Origin: an uncultured Acetatifactor sp.
GTDB lineage: Bacteria > Bacillota > Clostridia > Lachnospirales > Lachnospiraceae
Direction: 5' to 3'
Assembly (NCBI GenBank): GCA_949840885.1
Contig: CATKYJ010000002.1
Coordinates: 14,115 to 78,114, forward strand
DNA length: 64,000 bases
Under the pieces are notes generated by a model that worked only from the letters and a program-made list of their open reading frames with translations, was not told the DNA's origin and ran no database searches. Below are positions 18,688-29,924 of this stretch, piece after piece; position 1 is the first letter of the stretch; each line of letters starts with the position of its first letter. Made by a program: the position numbers and the translations under genes.

Positions 18688-19557
18688 CTACCAGAAACTC
18701 AGCTGTTCACCGGCGCTTTTTTCCTCAAAAGTCTGCAGGTATCCAAAGACCTCGTCAACCTCATGGACAATTCCGTGCTCTGCGCATCTTTCCCTGAAAA
18801 GCCTCATCAGATGCCTGCCGTTTGGGCTTTCGATGCTGTACTGATTTCCGTATGTCCAAATATATCTTTCCTTTAATCCAGGAAACATTCTGTCTAGCTG
18901 CGCATAAAAGTATTCCCGGTTTCCCTCTCTTAAGGTCATCCCCATGCCAAAGCAGATGATGCCGTAGACCTTTGCCTCAATGCACATGTCCAGTATGCCG
19001 CAAATATTCTCTTCCGTATCGTTGAGAAAGGGCAGGATGGGGGACAGCCATACCACGGTAGGGACACCCTCGTCCCGCAGCCGTTTCAGCACCGCAAAGC
19101 GTTCTTTTGTGGTGCTTACATTAGGCTCTATTTTTTTACACAGATCCTCATCGTAGGTGGTCAAGGTCATCTGCACCACACATTTTGTCTTCTCATTTAT
19201 TTTCCGGAAAAGGTCTAAATCCCTCAAAATACGGTCTGATTTTGTCTGCACCGTAACCCCGAAACCGTGCCGGCAGATCAGCTCCAGGGCTTTGCGCATA
19301 TTGCCGATTTCCATCTCCAGCGGAATGTACGGATCCGTCATGGCCCCTGTGCCGATCATGCATTTTTTGCGCTTATGGATAAGAGCATGCTCCAACAGGT
19401 CAATGGCATTTTCCTTGATCTCGATGTCCTCAAAAGCATGATCCATGTGATAGCATTTGCTCCTGGAATCACAATAAATACAGCCGTGGGTACAGCCTCT
19501 GTAGAGATTCATTCCATTTTGAGGCGATAAGATTCCTTTTGCTTTTACATAGTGCAT
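18688..19557 (-). CDS. Radical SAM protein, SplB/Rv2578c-like (DNA-repair-associated family)
   Basis: NLYRGCTHGCIYCDS, GAMTDPY, QTKS, IEP; GGGAGG RBS. Confidence 0.85.
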   Translation of the reverse strand: MHYVKAKGILSPQNGMNLYRGCTHGCIYCDSRSKCYHMDHAFEDIEIKENAIDLLEHALIHKRKKCMIGTGAMTDPYIPLEMEIGNMRKALELICRHGFGVTVQTKSDRILRDLDLFRKINEKTKCVVQMTLTTYDEDLCKKIEPNVSTTKERFAVLKRLRDEGVPTVVWLSPILPFLNDTEENICGILDMCIEAKVYGIICFGMGMTLREGNREYFYAQLDRMFPGLKERYIWTYGNQYSIESPNGRHLMRLFRERCAEHGIVHEVDEVFGYLQTFEEKSAGEQLSFW

Positions 19558-19594
19558 GACAGGCTGCCTCCCCATTTGCCCGCACGGAGCAAAT

Positions 19595-20365
19595 TTATTC
19601 AAAACGTTTAAAATACTTCTTGACCAAAACACTGCCTAAGATAAGCGCTGCCGCCACACATCCTCCTCCGAAAAGAGAAAATACCCCTCCTGACGTAAGA
19701 GCCCCATACCCGGTGAAAACGCCAAATACCATAAGCCAGGTCCGTGCCGAGCCGCAGACAATGTTCCATTTCCCCTCATCGAGGCTTTTATAAAGCGATT
19801 TTGCGAGACGATGGATGGAGCGTATTCCCGCCACATTTATAATTGTGAAGATTATCGCAGCCATTATCAGCATAACCGCCATTATGGCCAGGAATTGGTA
19901 TGCATAATCCCCGCCGATTCTGCTATATCTGTCTATATACGGGCTGATGATATAATAGAACTTCCTCCACTGGCTTGACGTCTCCATCATAGCGGCTACG
20001 GCAACCAGGAAAAATCCGAAAACTACAAGCAGGCCGCCCAAAATGCATCTCACCACACAGGAAGCAAAAATGGTACCGCTAATACAGCGCATATACTTTG
20101 AATCTACAATCCCGTTCTTGCACTGCGCAGAAAGCAGCCAGAGAAAAATGACCATCAGTATTTTTATAATGGGCAGTTCCCTGCTGATTAGCAACAAGAC
20201 TACGCCTGCCGTATATAAAATACACATTACGGTAAAAAGGCTGTCTTTCACTAACTGAGTCATTATTCCCTCCAACGGATTCCGGTTATATGCCAGACTC
20301 GAACCACATTTTATACAAAAATGGGCGTTTTCATCGTTTTCATATCCGCAATTGATACACCTCAT
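19595..20365 (-). CDS. Zinc-ribbon domain membrane protein
   Basis: N-terminal CINCG...FCIKCG followed by several TM segments. Confidence 0.8.
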   Translation of the reverse strand: MRCINCGYENDENAHFCIKCGSSLAYNRNPLEGIMTQLVKDSLFTVMCILYTAGVVLLLISRELPIIKILMVIFLWLLSAQCKNGIVDSKYMRCISGTIFASCVVRCILGGLLVVFGFFLVAVAAMMETSSQWRKFYYIISPYIDRYSRIGGDYAYQFLAIMAVMLIMAAIIFTIINVAGIRSIHRLAKSLYKSLDEGKWNIVCGSARTWLMVFGVFTGYGALTSGGVFSLFGGGCVAAALILGSVLVKKYFKRFE

Positions 20366-20642
20366 ATCATTCCCTCCCGCTCATCATCTGTAATAGAATC
20401 CAATGCAGGATTCTACTATTAACTTTCTATTGTAACATTTCTACTATAACACAGACCGGCTTATCTATCAAGAATCATAAAATAATAAAATGTATTATGA
20501 AAATGTATTATTGCACTTTTCCGCACTTCATAGCACAATTCCGATCAGATTTCTCTCCCGGCTTGTCTGCCGGGGACTTGTATATTAAAATAGAAGAAGC
20601 GTATTCTATGGAAACAGAGGAAAATGTCTTTACGGAGGTTCC

Positions 20643-21719
20643 ATGTTAAAGGTAATGATCATAGATGATGATATGAATGTGCGGAAATGTCTCAGGCAGC
20701 TCATCCCCTGGCCGGAGACAGGCTGCGAGATCGTGGCGGAGGCGTCTAACGGGGCGGAGGGACTGGAGCGCTTCCACGCCGCCCGGCCAGATGTGGTCAT
20801 CTCCGACCTGAAAATGCCGGAGATGAGCGGAGAAGAGCTGTGCGCCAGGATCCGGGCTGTCTCCGACCATGTGGCCATCATTTTCCTAAGCGCCTATGAG
20901 GATTTCAACGCTGCCCGACATGCCTTGCACTATGGCGTCACCGAATATATCCTGAAACCCATAGACTCAAAAAAGCTCCGGCAGATCACCGAAATCCTGA
21001 GCCAGCTGTCTTCTGCTTTCGACAACCGCACTTTCGTCCGTGGCCTGCTGCAGGGAAATTCCATTTTGGAGGAGGTGTCCCTGGAGCTTCGGAACAGGAA
21101 TACCGAATATTTTAAGACGCTTTTTCAAAACATTTCGGACAGCCCGGAAGCGGATTTCTCCCTCCTGCTCAATCTCTGCACTGTCCTGCTCAACCTCCTC
21201 TTCGACACTCTGGAAAAACTGGATGAGAGCGTGGAATCCCTGAGCAGACTGCGGCAGACTGCGCTGGCAGAACTCTCCGGCTTTTCCAGAAAGACAGAGG
21301 CCGCGGCTTTCTGCCGGGAGCTGTATTTCGACTATCTTACGGGCCGGGCGCCTGGGACAAAGGAGCAAAGCTTTGGCGGCAGAACCGTGGAGCAGGTGAA
21401 GCTCTATATCATGCAAAATCTAAACTGGCAGCAACTGGGGCTGCCCGCCATAGCGGCCCATTTCGGCTTCTCGGAGGATTATCTCAGCAAGCTTTTCAAG
21501 AGGGAGACTGGTGAAAATATCAGTTCTTATATTACCTGTCTGCGCCTGAATCATGCCTGCAGGCTCTTAAAAAATACGCAGCTAACCATATCGGAGATTG
21601 CGCTGGCCTGTGGGTATTCCAGCAGCAATTATTTCTGCAGAAGTTTTAAAAAACAACTGGATCTGACCCCCAACGAATATAGACTGCACGAAATATCCCG
21701 TACAGCCACACATGAATAG
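20643..21719 (+). CDS. Response regulator, receiver + AraC HTH (YesN-like)
   Basis: IIDDD, DLKMP, YILKP; C-terminal YLSKLFKRETG...YFCRSFKK. Confidence 0.92.
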   Translation: MLKVMIIDDDMNVRKCLRQLIPWPETGCEIVAEASNGAEGLERFHAARPDVVISDLKMPEMSGEELCARIRAVSDHVAIIFLSAYEDFNAARHALHYGVTEYILKPIDSKKLRQITEILSQLSSAFDNRTFVRGLLQGNSILEEVSLELRNRNTEYFKTLFQNISDSPEADFSLLLNLCTVLLNLLFDTLEKLDESVESLSRLRQTALAELSGFSRKTEAAAFCRELYFDYLTGRAPGTKEQSFGGRTVEQVKLYIMQNLNWQQLGLPAIAAHFGFSEDYLSKLFKRETGENISSYITCLRLNHACRLLKNTQLTISEIALACGYSSSNYFCRSFKKQLDLTPNEYRLHEISRTATHE

Positions 21720-21772
21720 TGCGGCAATAAAGGGAATCGCAAATGCCGCCATAACCACAACAGGAGTTTTCC

Positions 21773-23611
21773 ATGACCATTCACAGATACAAACGCCTTA
21801 CCGTCAAATTGTTTCTTCTCTTTCTCCTGATCCTCCTGCTGTCCCTGTTTTTTCAGGGAAGCGTCATCTACAGGAGTTTTCTGGGATATGTGACGGAGTC
21901 TCTGGACGCCTCAACCCAGTTGGTGATGGAGGGCCACTCCCGGCAGGTAAATGATTTCTTCCACAGGACCGAGACCCTCTGCGATCTGATTGGCACAGAG
22001 ATTCCCTTTATGGCGCCCCTTTTGGAGGAGGACACTGGGAATTTCTACGATGCCTGGCACAATTACCGCTATCTCCACAAAAGACTGCAGGTTCTGTGCG
22101 ACTCTGTCATCGGTTCGGATATCCGGTACAAAGCGGTTCTGTTTTTGCATGACGCTTTTCCCATGACGAACTTCCTCTCCTCCCCAGAGGAAATCTTCCT
22201 GAAAAAATCGGTAAAGGAGTATGCCAGTTCCCCTTTCCACATCCTTTCCGAGCGAAATCTCCTGGACTCTGCCTGGTTCCGGAATACAATACAGGCGGAT
22301 TCCTCTTTCTGGTTCATGGAACTGGAAAACAATGATACCATCTGGATTGCAAAGAGCATGGATGGCCTCTTTCTCATTGACGGGCTCCCCCGGCATTACT
22401 CCATCGGCACTTTTCTCATCGGCATTGATGTCTCCTGGATCACCGGCCAGATGGAGGGGCTGTTCTCAGAAAGCGATTCGCTCTTTTTCATCACGGATCG
22501 CTATGGGCGCATTGTCTATACAAAGGATCCCGCGCTTCTGAACCAGAATATAGAGGATATCTGTGCATTCAAAGACACAGATGTCTCCGGTTTTTCCGGT
22601 CAGGTGAAGCGCTATGTACGGATGCAGGATGTGTCCTATCTCTCCTGGGAACAGAATCTGGAGAGCAATGTACGGCTCTGCTGTCTCATGCCAGTGCAGT
22701 TCTACAACAGGCAAATCCGTATTCAGCTGCAGACATTTCTGGGGATGAGTCTGCTGGTAATCCTTGTAGGCATTCTCCTCACGGCTCTGTTCTCCCAGTA
22801 TGTGACGCGCCCTGTGAAAGCTTTGAGCCGTCATATGGAAAAGCAGAGTCTTACTCCCATTGCGCCCTATCGCTCTCAGGACGAAATCGGTATCCTTTAC
22901 CGAAGTTTTAATCAGATGGTGGAAAAGCAGGAGGCGCTGATTCAGCAGACTATGGACTATGTGGAGAGGCAAAAGCAATTGAAATTCCAGATTCTCCAGG
23001 CTCAGATAAATCCCCATTTTCTCTACAATGCCCTGGACTCCGTGGGCTGTGCTGCCATGATTCAGGGGCAGACGGATCTTACCGACACCCTCTCCTGCCT
23101 GGTAAGCCTGCTACGCTACAATATCAACGACCCGGAGCAGCTTGTGACGCTGGTGGAAGAACTGCAAATAGTGGAGGACTATATCTCCATCCAGCGGTTC
23201 CGCTACGGGGACCTGCTGCTGTATTCCAGCCAGGTCAGCCAGGAGGCGGCATCGTGTAAAATCCCCAAAACCATCATCCAACCTCTGGTAGAGAATGCGG
23301 TCCAGTACGGCGGGCGGGATTCCAACGGCGCATGCCGGGTATCGCTTCGGGTTATAAATGATGCGGAAAAAGGAAACATCCTCATTCACATTTGGAATGA
23401 TGTGCCCTCGGAAAAGACAGCAAAAGATTTGGCTGCACTTTTGAATGCCTGTCTGTCAGGCAAGAGGGAGCTGACCCGAAACAGCAGTGGACTGGGCATC
23501 ACCAATGTACAGCAGCGCATTCAGTTCGTGTTCGGTGAGGCCTATGGGCTGCGGTACGAGGGGGATGGGGAGGAGATTGTCTGTGTTGTAACGCTTCCCT
23601 GTTTTGATTGA
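21773..23611 (+). CDS. Sensor histidine kinase (YesM-like)
   Basis: Two TM segments, HAMP DEIGIL, QAQINPHFLYNAL, IQPLVENA, GLGITNV. Confidence 0.92.
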   Translation: MTIHRYKRLTVKLFLLFLLILLLSLFFQGSVIYRSFLGYVTESLDASTQLVMEGHSRQVNDFFHRTETLCDLIGTEIPFMAPLLEEDTGNFYDAWHNYRYLHKRLQVLCDSVIGSDIRYKAVLFLHDAFPMTNFLSSPEEIFLKKSVKEYASSPFHILSERNLLDSAWFRNTIQADSSFWFMELENNDTIWIAKSMDGLFLIDGLPRHYSIGTFLIGIDVSWITGQMEGLFSESDSLFFITDRYGRIVYTKDPALLNQNIEDICAFKDTDVSGFSGQVKRYVRMQDVSYLSWEQNLESNVRLCCLMPVQFYNRQIRIQLQTFLGMSLLVILVGILLTALFSQYVTRPVKALSRHMEKQSLTPIAPYRSQDEIGILYRSFNQMVEKQEALIQQTMDYVERQKQLKFQILQAQINPHFLYNALDSVGCAAMIQGQTDLTDTLSCLVSLLRYNINDPEQLVTLVEELQIVEDYISIQRFRYGDLLLYSSQVSQEAASCKIPKTIIQPLVENAVQYGGRDSNGACRVSLRVINDAEKGNILIHIWNDVPSEKTAKDLAALLNACLSGKRELTRNSSGLGITNVQQRIQFVFGEAYGLRYEGDGEEIVCVVTLPCFD

Positions 23612-23704
23612 AAGCTTAGGGGATTCGCTTTCTGCCAAAAAGGGGGGAGCGGGAGGGAGAGGAGCTGCTGCCCCTGGAAAAGCTTTACCGCAGTGTGACC
23701 GGCT

Positions 23705-26125
23705 TTAACCTGGCTCAGAATCTGACTCACATGCGGGAGGTGGAGCAAAGAATAGCCCATGCCGAACCTGCAGACAAATCTTTCTCCTGCCCTCGCAGTT
23801 AGAGGAAGCAAAGTCTTCTGCCCTGCCCTCCAGCCAGGAATTGCCGTTTTTCACAAACACATACCCCGGCTCCAGTTCCAGGTCACAGAATATGTCCTTG
23901 GGCCATTCCGCTTCCAGGAGGATCCCTTTCTCCTCCCGCTTCCATGCCACGCTTACCTCTCCTGCCGGAAGTCTGTGGCTGGCTTTCACAAACTCCAGTC
24001 CCGGGATGAAGCACGGTTTCACGAGAACCTTTCTGCTGTTTTTCACATGAATGCCTCCCGGCCACTGCAAATACCATCCAGCCACATCTCCCAGAAAATG
24101 GTGATTCCCGGAAAGCATTCTCCGCCTTTCATCCGGCTGTATCTGCTCCGGAAGCGTGGTATCTCCCCTCTGCGCAAAATATCCGTAAGAGGGATATTCC
24201 GTACCTGTAATCATTTCATAGGCCAGCTGTGCCCCACCGAAAGCGGCCAGCACATGAAACAGCACCCGGGCCCCCAGGAATCCGCAGGTCATCTTCCCTC
24301 CATCCTTTTCTATGATTTCCAGAAGACGCCGGAATGCCTCCGGTTTCTCCGCACTGTCAAAGATATCATAGTAAATCCCCATGGCCTGGGCGCTTTGACA
24401 GTTTCCTTCCACCAGCATTGTGTCAAAATCAACGTAGTTTCTCCTCACTGCCGCCCTGAATGCAGCGCCCAGCTGCCTGGCAAAGGTTTCGTGGAGTTTC
24501 AGTCCCACTGCCTCGAACATCTCCGCTGCTTCCGCGCACATACAGACTGCCATCACGCTGTCCGTAAAGCCCACAGACAGCATATAGTCGGAACTGTTCT
24601 CCCGATCCACAGGTCCCAAATCTCCCAGCCCCAGCGATACAATGCCCTCCCCGTCCCGGACTCTGGAGAGATATTCCAGATAGGAAAGCATGGCATGGGC
24701 ATTCTCCAAAATGATTTCCTTATCCCCGCGATAGCGGAATGTCATATAGGGCAGTTCAAACAAAACCCGGTCCCATGCCGGTCCGTTCCCCCAGTCATAC
24801 CCCCAACTTCCCGTGGGCACAATGCCAGGAAGCATGCCGTCAGGCCGCTGGGCCAGGCGGATATTGTGCAGCCATTCTCTCCAGCTTCTCTCCACGCCCA
24901 TAGTCAGCATCATGTGCTCCGCAGAAACCTGCGCATCCCCCGTCCAGCCGTTCTTCTCCCGGTGGGGGCAGTCTGTAGGGAAATAGTAAAAATTCGCACG
25001 GTCACTGCGTCGGGCCATCTGAAAAATCCGGTTGGCTGTCTTATCCGAACAGGAAAAGCTGCCTCTCTCCTCCAACCCTGAACTCATCACCAGATAAGTG
25101 AGAAATCCCTCTTCAAAAGCCTGTTCCCCGGTAATGCCGGACACATACAGATACCGAAAACCGTGATAGGTAAAGAAAGGCTCATAAATCTCCTCCTCTC
25201 TGCTTCCTACAATGTAAATATCACGCTGCACATACCCGTCTGGGAAAAAATTGATATTGTTATAGTCGGCCTTTCCGTCCACAAGCTGCTCCGCGCACTG
25301 AATATCGATTCTCTGCCCGGGCTCCCCCTTGATTCGCAGCTGGAAAATACCGGCATTGTTCTCCCCGAAATCAAACAGGTATCCTCCGGTGCCGGAGGGC
25401 TTTTTCTCCTGAGTATTCCGGCCCGAAAGCCATCTGCGCACATCTTCCCTGGGCTGATAATCAGTCAGTTCTCCCTCACGGACGCTTACGGGAGGCAGTT
25501 TTTCTGTCACTGCTATGGGCTCCGCCTCACAGTATTTGGCCTGTCCCCTGGGTCTGTCTGCCGCAAGCGGCTCGTGCCAGCTTTCATCCTCCAAAAAGCC
25601 CGGCCGATTCCAGCCCGCATCCTCCAGCCTCCTGTCATAAAAGGTGCCGGAGCGCAGGTCATTAAACAACACCGGACCTTTTTTACATTTAAAATCCCAG
25701 GCGTCAAATCGCATGTTTCCCCCGATTCTCGCCAGAAAAGCCAGTTTGGGTGAGGCATTGAATCTATTGCTGTCAAAATCCCATACGCATGTCTTGCTGT
25801 TTTGAAAGCCGTCCCCAAGCATAATGCCGATAACATTCTCCCCGGACCGCAGCCATGGCGTGATGACATAGGAATCGTAATACACTATGTGATCCGGATT
25901 GGAAATATAGGGGGCCAAACGCCCTTTGGTAATTCTGCTGCCGTTCACAAAAAGTTCGTAAAATCCCAGGCCACAGATGGAGAGTTCTCCAAAGGCCTCT
26001 CCTTTCTCCACCTGAAAGCTTTTGCGGAAAAGGGGCGCCGCCACATGCTTAAAATAGGTAGACCGCTCCCTGTCCTCACACACAAATACATCTGACCGTT
26101 CCATTCTGTCTTTCTTTTCTTCCAT
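23705..26125 (-). CDS. Alpha-L-rhamnosidase, GH78
   Basis: APLFRKSF, DFGEN, FTYHGFRY, PTDCPHREKNGWTGD, YPSYGY; no signal peptide. Confidence 0.9.
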   Translation of the reverse strand: MEEKKDRMERSDVFVCEDRERSTYFKHVAAPLFRKSFQVEKGEAFGELSICGLGFYELFVNGSRITKGRLAPYISNPDHIVYYDSYVITPWLRSGENVIGIMLGDGFQNSKTCVWDFDSNRFNASPKLAFLARIGGNMRFDAWDFKCKKGPVLFNDLRSGTFYDRRLEDAGWNRPGFLEDESWHEPLAADRPRGQAKYCEAEPIAVTEKLPPVSVREGELTDYQPREDVRRWLSGRNTQEKKPSGTGGYLFDFGENNAGIFQLRIKGEPGQRIDIQCAEQLVDGKADYNNINFFPDGYVQRDIYIVGSREEEIYEPFFTYHGFRYLYVSGITGEQAFEEGFLTYLVMSSGLEERGSFSCSDKTANRIFQMARRSDRANFYYFPTDCPHREKNGWTGDAQVSAEHMMLTMGVERSWREWLHNIRLAQRPDGMLPGIVPTGSWGYDWGNGPAWDRVLFELPYMTFRYRGDKEIILENAHAMLSYLEYLSRVRDGEGIVSLGLGDLGPVDRENSSDYMLSVGFTDSVMAVCMCAEAAEMFEAVGLKLHETFARQLGAAFRAAVRRNYVDFDTMLVEGNCQSAQAMGIYYDIFDSAEKPEAFRRLLEIIEKDGGKMTCGFLGARVLFHVLAAFGGAQLAYEMITGTEYPSYGYFAQRGDTTLPEQIQPDERRRMLSGNHHFLGDVAGWYLQWPGGIHVKNSRKVLVKPCFIPGLEFVKASHRLPAGEVSVAWKREEKGILLEAEWPKDIFCDLELEPGYVFVKNGNSWLEGRAEDFASSNCEGRRKICLQVRHGLFFAPPPACESDSEPG

Positions 26126-26252
26126 AAAAACTCCTTTTGCTGTTTCCGGTGTCTTCCCCAGATAAGAAGCCGCCATACCGAAAGTCCGCATCCCACTGTC
26201 CCATGGACAGTCATTTCCAGTACGGCGGCCCCTTTTACCGCGCTTCCTTATT

Positions 26253-27803
26253 TTACTTATTCTTTAAAAAATCCTGGTACTGCGCATCCTGAACTGCGAT
26301 GACATCATCTATACCCGCATCTTTCAGCTTCTGCTGAAGCTGAAAGATGCCGCTTTCCGGCTCCACAAAGCCTAAGATTAAAGGCATCAGATACTCTTCC
26401 AGCACAGCTGTGCAGTTGGTGACCTTATCGCTGACCTCATCAAAATTGTATACAATACCCAGATCCGCTGCCGGAATCGCGCTCTGGTTCCATTTCTCGT
26501 ACTGCTCATACTTATCCTTTGGCTCACTGACGGTGGTATAGCTAAGCATCACATTGCCGCTGGCCCAGTTCATGCACACATAGGAAGACTCCTTGTTCAG
26601 ATCCTCCAGCTGTCCGTCCACCAGCCTGTAATGCACATCAGGAATTCCCCATGTGATAGCATTCTTTATCTCCGGATCCGTATTCCACAGCTTCAGGAAC
26701 TGATATGCCTTTTCCGGATTCTTACACTTCTTGTAAATACCGAAGATAGAGCCTCTGGTGGCATCATTGGTGACCACGGGCTGTTCCAGGAAAATAGGTT
26801 CCAGGTCGTAGTCCACATTATTTTTCTCTGTGTAAGGAGCGTAAGAGCAATACCTGAGGCAGTAATTCCCATACAACTCCTGCTGGCTGTTTACCCAGTT
26901 GACGTTGTCCGTCAAAGCCTCCTCCGGAATATATCCTTTCTGGTTCCAGTCATACATCAGCTTCACATAATCAGCAAACTTTTGAGTCTCATAAAGGTTT
27001 TCCACTTTTGCGGTGTCACTGCGATTGATTACGCCCAAATAATACGGTGTGAAATCATAGGCGTCAAACATTCCAAGCTTCAGAAACTCCTGGTAATTTG
27101 CAATATACATGGCGCCTAGGCTCTGTTCCTGCATGGCTTTCAAAAGCGGCTCCGCATCGGCCATGCTATGGATGAAAGCGGCATCAATGCCTGTCTTTTC
27201 CAGCACGTTTTTGTCCACCAGCAGAGCCCACTGTTCTCCCAATTCTTTATAAGTGGGCACTCCATAGATACCGCCGTTCAAAGTGGTTCCGGCCCACAGC
27301 GCCTCCGGTATGGCGTTGTAGAATTCTGGATCTTTTTCCAGATACTCCGAGATATCCGTATAGGCGTCCATATTCACCCGGTTGATAAAGTCCGAGCCGC
27401 CGTCCCAGCCGATATCCATCTGCTCATCTCCCGCAATTTGCAACGGCAGGTTGCTCCGATCCCAGTTCCACTTGCAGATTTCAATTTTCACATTCAGTGC
27501 TTTCACCTGGGGCAGTTCATTGATATAATCCGAGATTTTTCCCTCATCTCCCAGCACTACTTCCTGAAACCAAATCCGCAGGGTCACAGGCTCCCCTGAA
27601 GCTTCTCCCGACGCCTGCTGACCGGATTGTCCGGATTCCTCCGCTGCCGGCTCCTCTTTCTGTGATTCTTTCGCCTCTGACTTCTGCTCTGTGGACGATT
27701 CCTTGCTGTTCTCCTGATTTCCCGCTCCCTCACTGCCACCGCATCCTGCTACAGAAAGCGCCATAACAGCCGCCAACGTCAATGCCAATAATTTTTTCTT
27801 CAT
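26253..27803 (-). CDS. Carbohydrate ABC transporter solute-binding lipoprotein
   Basis: Lipobox VAGC, S/E/Q-rich linker, IYGVP, WGIPDVHY, KLKDAGIDDVI. Confidence 0.9.
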   Translation of the reverse strand: MKKKLLALTLAAVMALSVAGCGGSEGAGNQENSKESSTEQKSEAKESQKEEPAAEESGQSGQQASGEASGEPVTLRIWFQEVVLGDEGKISDYINELPQVKALNVKIEICKWNWDRSNLPLQIAGDEQMDIGWDGGSDFINRVNMDAYTDISEYLEKDPEFYNAIPEALWAGTTLNGGIYGVPTYKELGEQWALLVDKNVLEKTGIDAAFIHSMADAEPLLKAMQEQSLGAMYIANYQEFLKLGMFDAYDFTPYYLGVINRSDTAKVENLYETQKFADYVKLMYDWNQKGYIPEEALTDNVNWVNSQQELYGNYCLRYCSYAPYTEKNNVDYDLEPIFLEQPVVTNDATRGSIFGIYKKCKNPEKAYQFLKLWNTDPEIKNAITWGIPDVHYRLVDGQLEDLNKESSYVCMNWASGNVMLSYTTVSEPKDKYEQYEKWNQSAIPAADLGIVYNFDEVSDKVTNCTAVLEEYLMPLILGFVEPESGIFQLQQKLKDAGIDDVIAVQDAQYQDFLKNK

Positions 27804-27975
27804 TGCTTCCTCCTCTTTCCATTTTCAAAGTAAACATATTTCGTAAACACTCCTGGGAAAAAACTCCCGTTTTATAAACAGTCCCATTTTTCAAACGGCT
27901 TCTGCCCGGCCGGCGCAGAACATTTTGCGGGACAATTTACCGAATAATGTTCTCAGTTTGCTGCATTCGCAGCAC

Positions 27976-28872
27976 TCATCCTTTCACCGCACCAATGGTA
28001 ATTCCCTTGATAAAATATTTCTGAAAGAATGGATAAACGATGATAATCGGCCCGGTGACCACCGCAAGCACCGCCATTTTCGTGGCCACAGAGGGCATCT
28101 GTGCCAGCTGCTTTGCCAGTTCCGGGGATGCATTCATATTCCGCTTCAGATATTCCATGCCGTTTTCTATTCTCATGAGAATCTGCTGGAGAGTGGAAAG
28201 ATTCGGCTCGCTCATATATAAGTAAGAGGTCTGCCACTGGTTCCAGTGTCCAATGGCCTCCATAAAGCCCAGAGCGGCCAACACCGGCTTAATCAGAGGT
28301 AGCACAATTCTCACATAGATATAGAATTCCCCGGCCCCGTCTATTTTTGCCGACTCAATGAGGGAATCATGCACATTTGCCTTGATAAAGGTCCGCATGA
28401 CAATGCAGGTGTACGCCCCCACCCCAGGCAGGATCAATACCAGCAGATTGTTGCGCAGATGGTATATGTTAGATTTGATAATGAACTCCGACAGGCCGCC
28501 TCCGTGGAACAGCATGGTAATCAGCAGAAATACCGTCAGGGCATTGCGCAGCCGGAACGTGCTGCGGCTTAGGGCATATCCGAACATGCTGCACAACAGA
28601 ATGGTCCACACAGAGCCTATCACCGTCTCAAAAAGCGTCACTCCATAGGCTCTGACAATCTGATCTCCAAATTTGCCAATGTATTTATAACCATCCAGCG
28701 TCCACCCCGTGGGGAAAAAGCTGAAGCCTTTCTCATAGATGCTGGCGTCCGTGCTGAAAGAAGCAATCACCACCAGAATCATGGGCAGGAGACATGTCAC
28801 CGCAAACAGCCCGAGAACCACATACAGAACCGCCTGTCCTGCCGAAAAATGTTTTACTGTCCTGTTTCCCAT
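27976..28872 (-). CDS. Carbohydrate ABC transporter permease (MalG-like)
   Basis: EAA loop SLIESAKIDGAGE, YPFFQKYFIKGITIGAVKG; GGAGG RBS. Confidence 0.92.
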   Translation of the reverse strand: MGNRTVKHFSAGQAVLYVVLGLFAVTCLLPMILVVIASFSTDASIYEKGFSFFPTGWTLDGYKYIGKFGDQIVRAYGVTLFETVIGSVWTILLCSMFGYALSRSTFRLRNALTVFLLITMLFHGGGLSEFIIKSNIYHLRNNLLVLILPGVGAYTCIVMRTFIKANVHDSLIESAKIDGAGEFYIYVRIVLPLIKPVLAALGFMEAIGHWNQWQTSYLYMSEPNLSTLQQILMRIENGMEYLKRNMNASPELAKQLAQMPSVATKMAVLAVVTGPIIIVYPFFQKYFIKGITIGAVKG

Positions 28873-28961
28873 TGTTTTCCTCCAATCTGTTTTCCATCCA
28901 TTTCCCAGCTGTTTCATTTGGCAGAACGCAAATCTTTCCATGCCCTGTCTGAACTGTTCCA

Positions 28962-29924
28962 TCAGAACAATGCGTTCTCCGGCGAGACTTTCCTGGTCAC
29001 CGCATTGGCCGCCAGACAGGCCATACAGCCCACCACCGACTGGAACATGGTCACCGCCGTACTGGGCCCGAAGTCGTTGAGGCCGCTTTTCACCAGCGTC
29101 TTCAGCACATAGGTGTCTATGGTCTGGGTGGTCTCGTAGAGCATGGAAGAATCCTTGGTGACCTGATAGAACAGGCCTGTGTTGGAACTCATAATACCGC
29201 CTACCCCCATCAGCGTCACGATGCAGATCATGGACACCAGCATGGGAATGTCAATATATCTGACTTTCTGCCAGCCCGTGGCGCCGTCCAAATCCGCCGC
29301 CTCATACAGTTCCCCATCGATTCCGCTTAAGGCGGACAGATACAGAACCGCCCCATAGCCCGTACCTTTCCAGACATTTACAATGGTCAGGATAAGCGGC
29401 CAGTATTTGGCCTCCGCATACCATCTCACAGGATCCTTTCCAAAGGTCTGAAGCATTTGATTCAGCATCCCGTTGGTATGGTTCAGGAAGCACTCCACAA
29501 TGTAGGTCACTGCGATAAAGGAGATAAAGGTGGGCAGAATCATCACCGCATGGGAATATTTGGTGAAATATTTATTGCGGCACTGGTTCAGTCCCAGGGC
29601 CAGAACCACGTTCAGCACTGTGCCCACCGCGGTAAACAGCAGATAGTACCCCACCGTATTGCGAAGCATCCGTATGGTCAGGTCTTTCATGGAAAAAAGG
29701 AACTTAAAATTCTGAAATCCAGCCCAGGGGCTGTGGAGGATGCCGTCCGTATAGTTAAAATTCTTAAAAGCCACCAGCAGCCCGAACATGGGGACATAGT
29801 TAAACAGAATCAGCAAAATCACCACCGGCAGCACCATACAGACCAGTGTGCGGTTTTTCCAGGTGTTGCGCAGCAGACTTTCCTGTTTCACCCCATAGGG
29901 AACTTTCTTTTTTCCAGCTGACAT
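28962..29924 (-). CDS. Carbohydrate ABC transporter permease (LplB/MalF-like)
   Basis: YVPMFG, PWAGFQNF, ELYEAADLDGA, TIDTYV. Confidence 0.92.
   Translation of the reverse strand: MSAGKKKVPYGVKQESLLRNTWKNRTLVCMVLPVVILLILFNYVPMFGLLVAFKNFNYTDGILHSPWAGFQNFKFLFSMKDLTIRMLRNTVGYYLLFTAVGTVLNVVLALGLNQCRNKYFTKYSHAVMILPTFISFIAVTYIVECFLNHTNGMLNQMLQTFGKDPVRWYAEAKYWPLILTIVNVWKGTGYGAVLYLSALSGIDGELYEAADLDGATGWQKVRYIDIPMLVSMICIVTLMGVGGIMSSNTGLFYQVTKDSSMLYETTQTIDTYVLKTLVKSGLNDFGPSTAVTMFQSVVGCMACLAANAVTRKVSPENALF

Noticed and set aside
23618..23662. G-quadruplex between convergent genes
   Set aside because: Needs a 19-nt loop or a split G6 tract; no supporting evidence
23759..25081. Long antisense ORFs (also 760-1731, 49655-50710, 54966-55958, 59353-60327) and the alternate-frame ORF 52764-54323
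   Set aside because: Shadow ORFs of well-supported genes with no motifs or RBS
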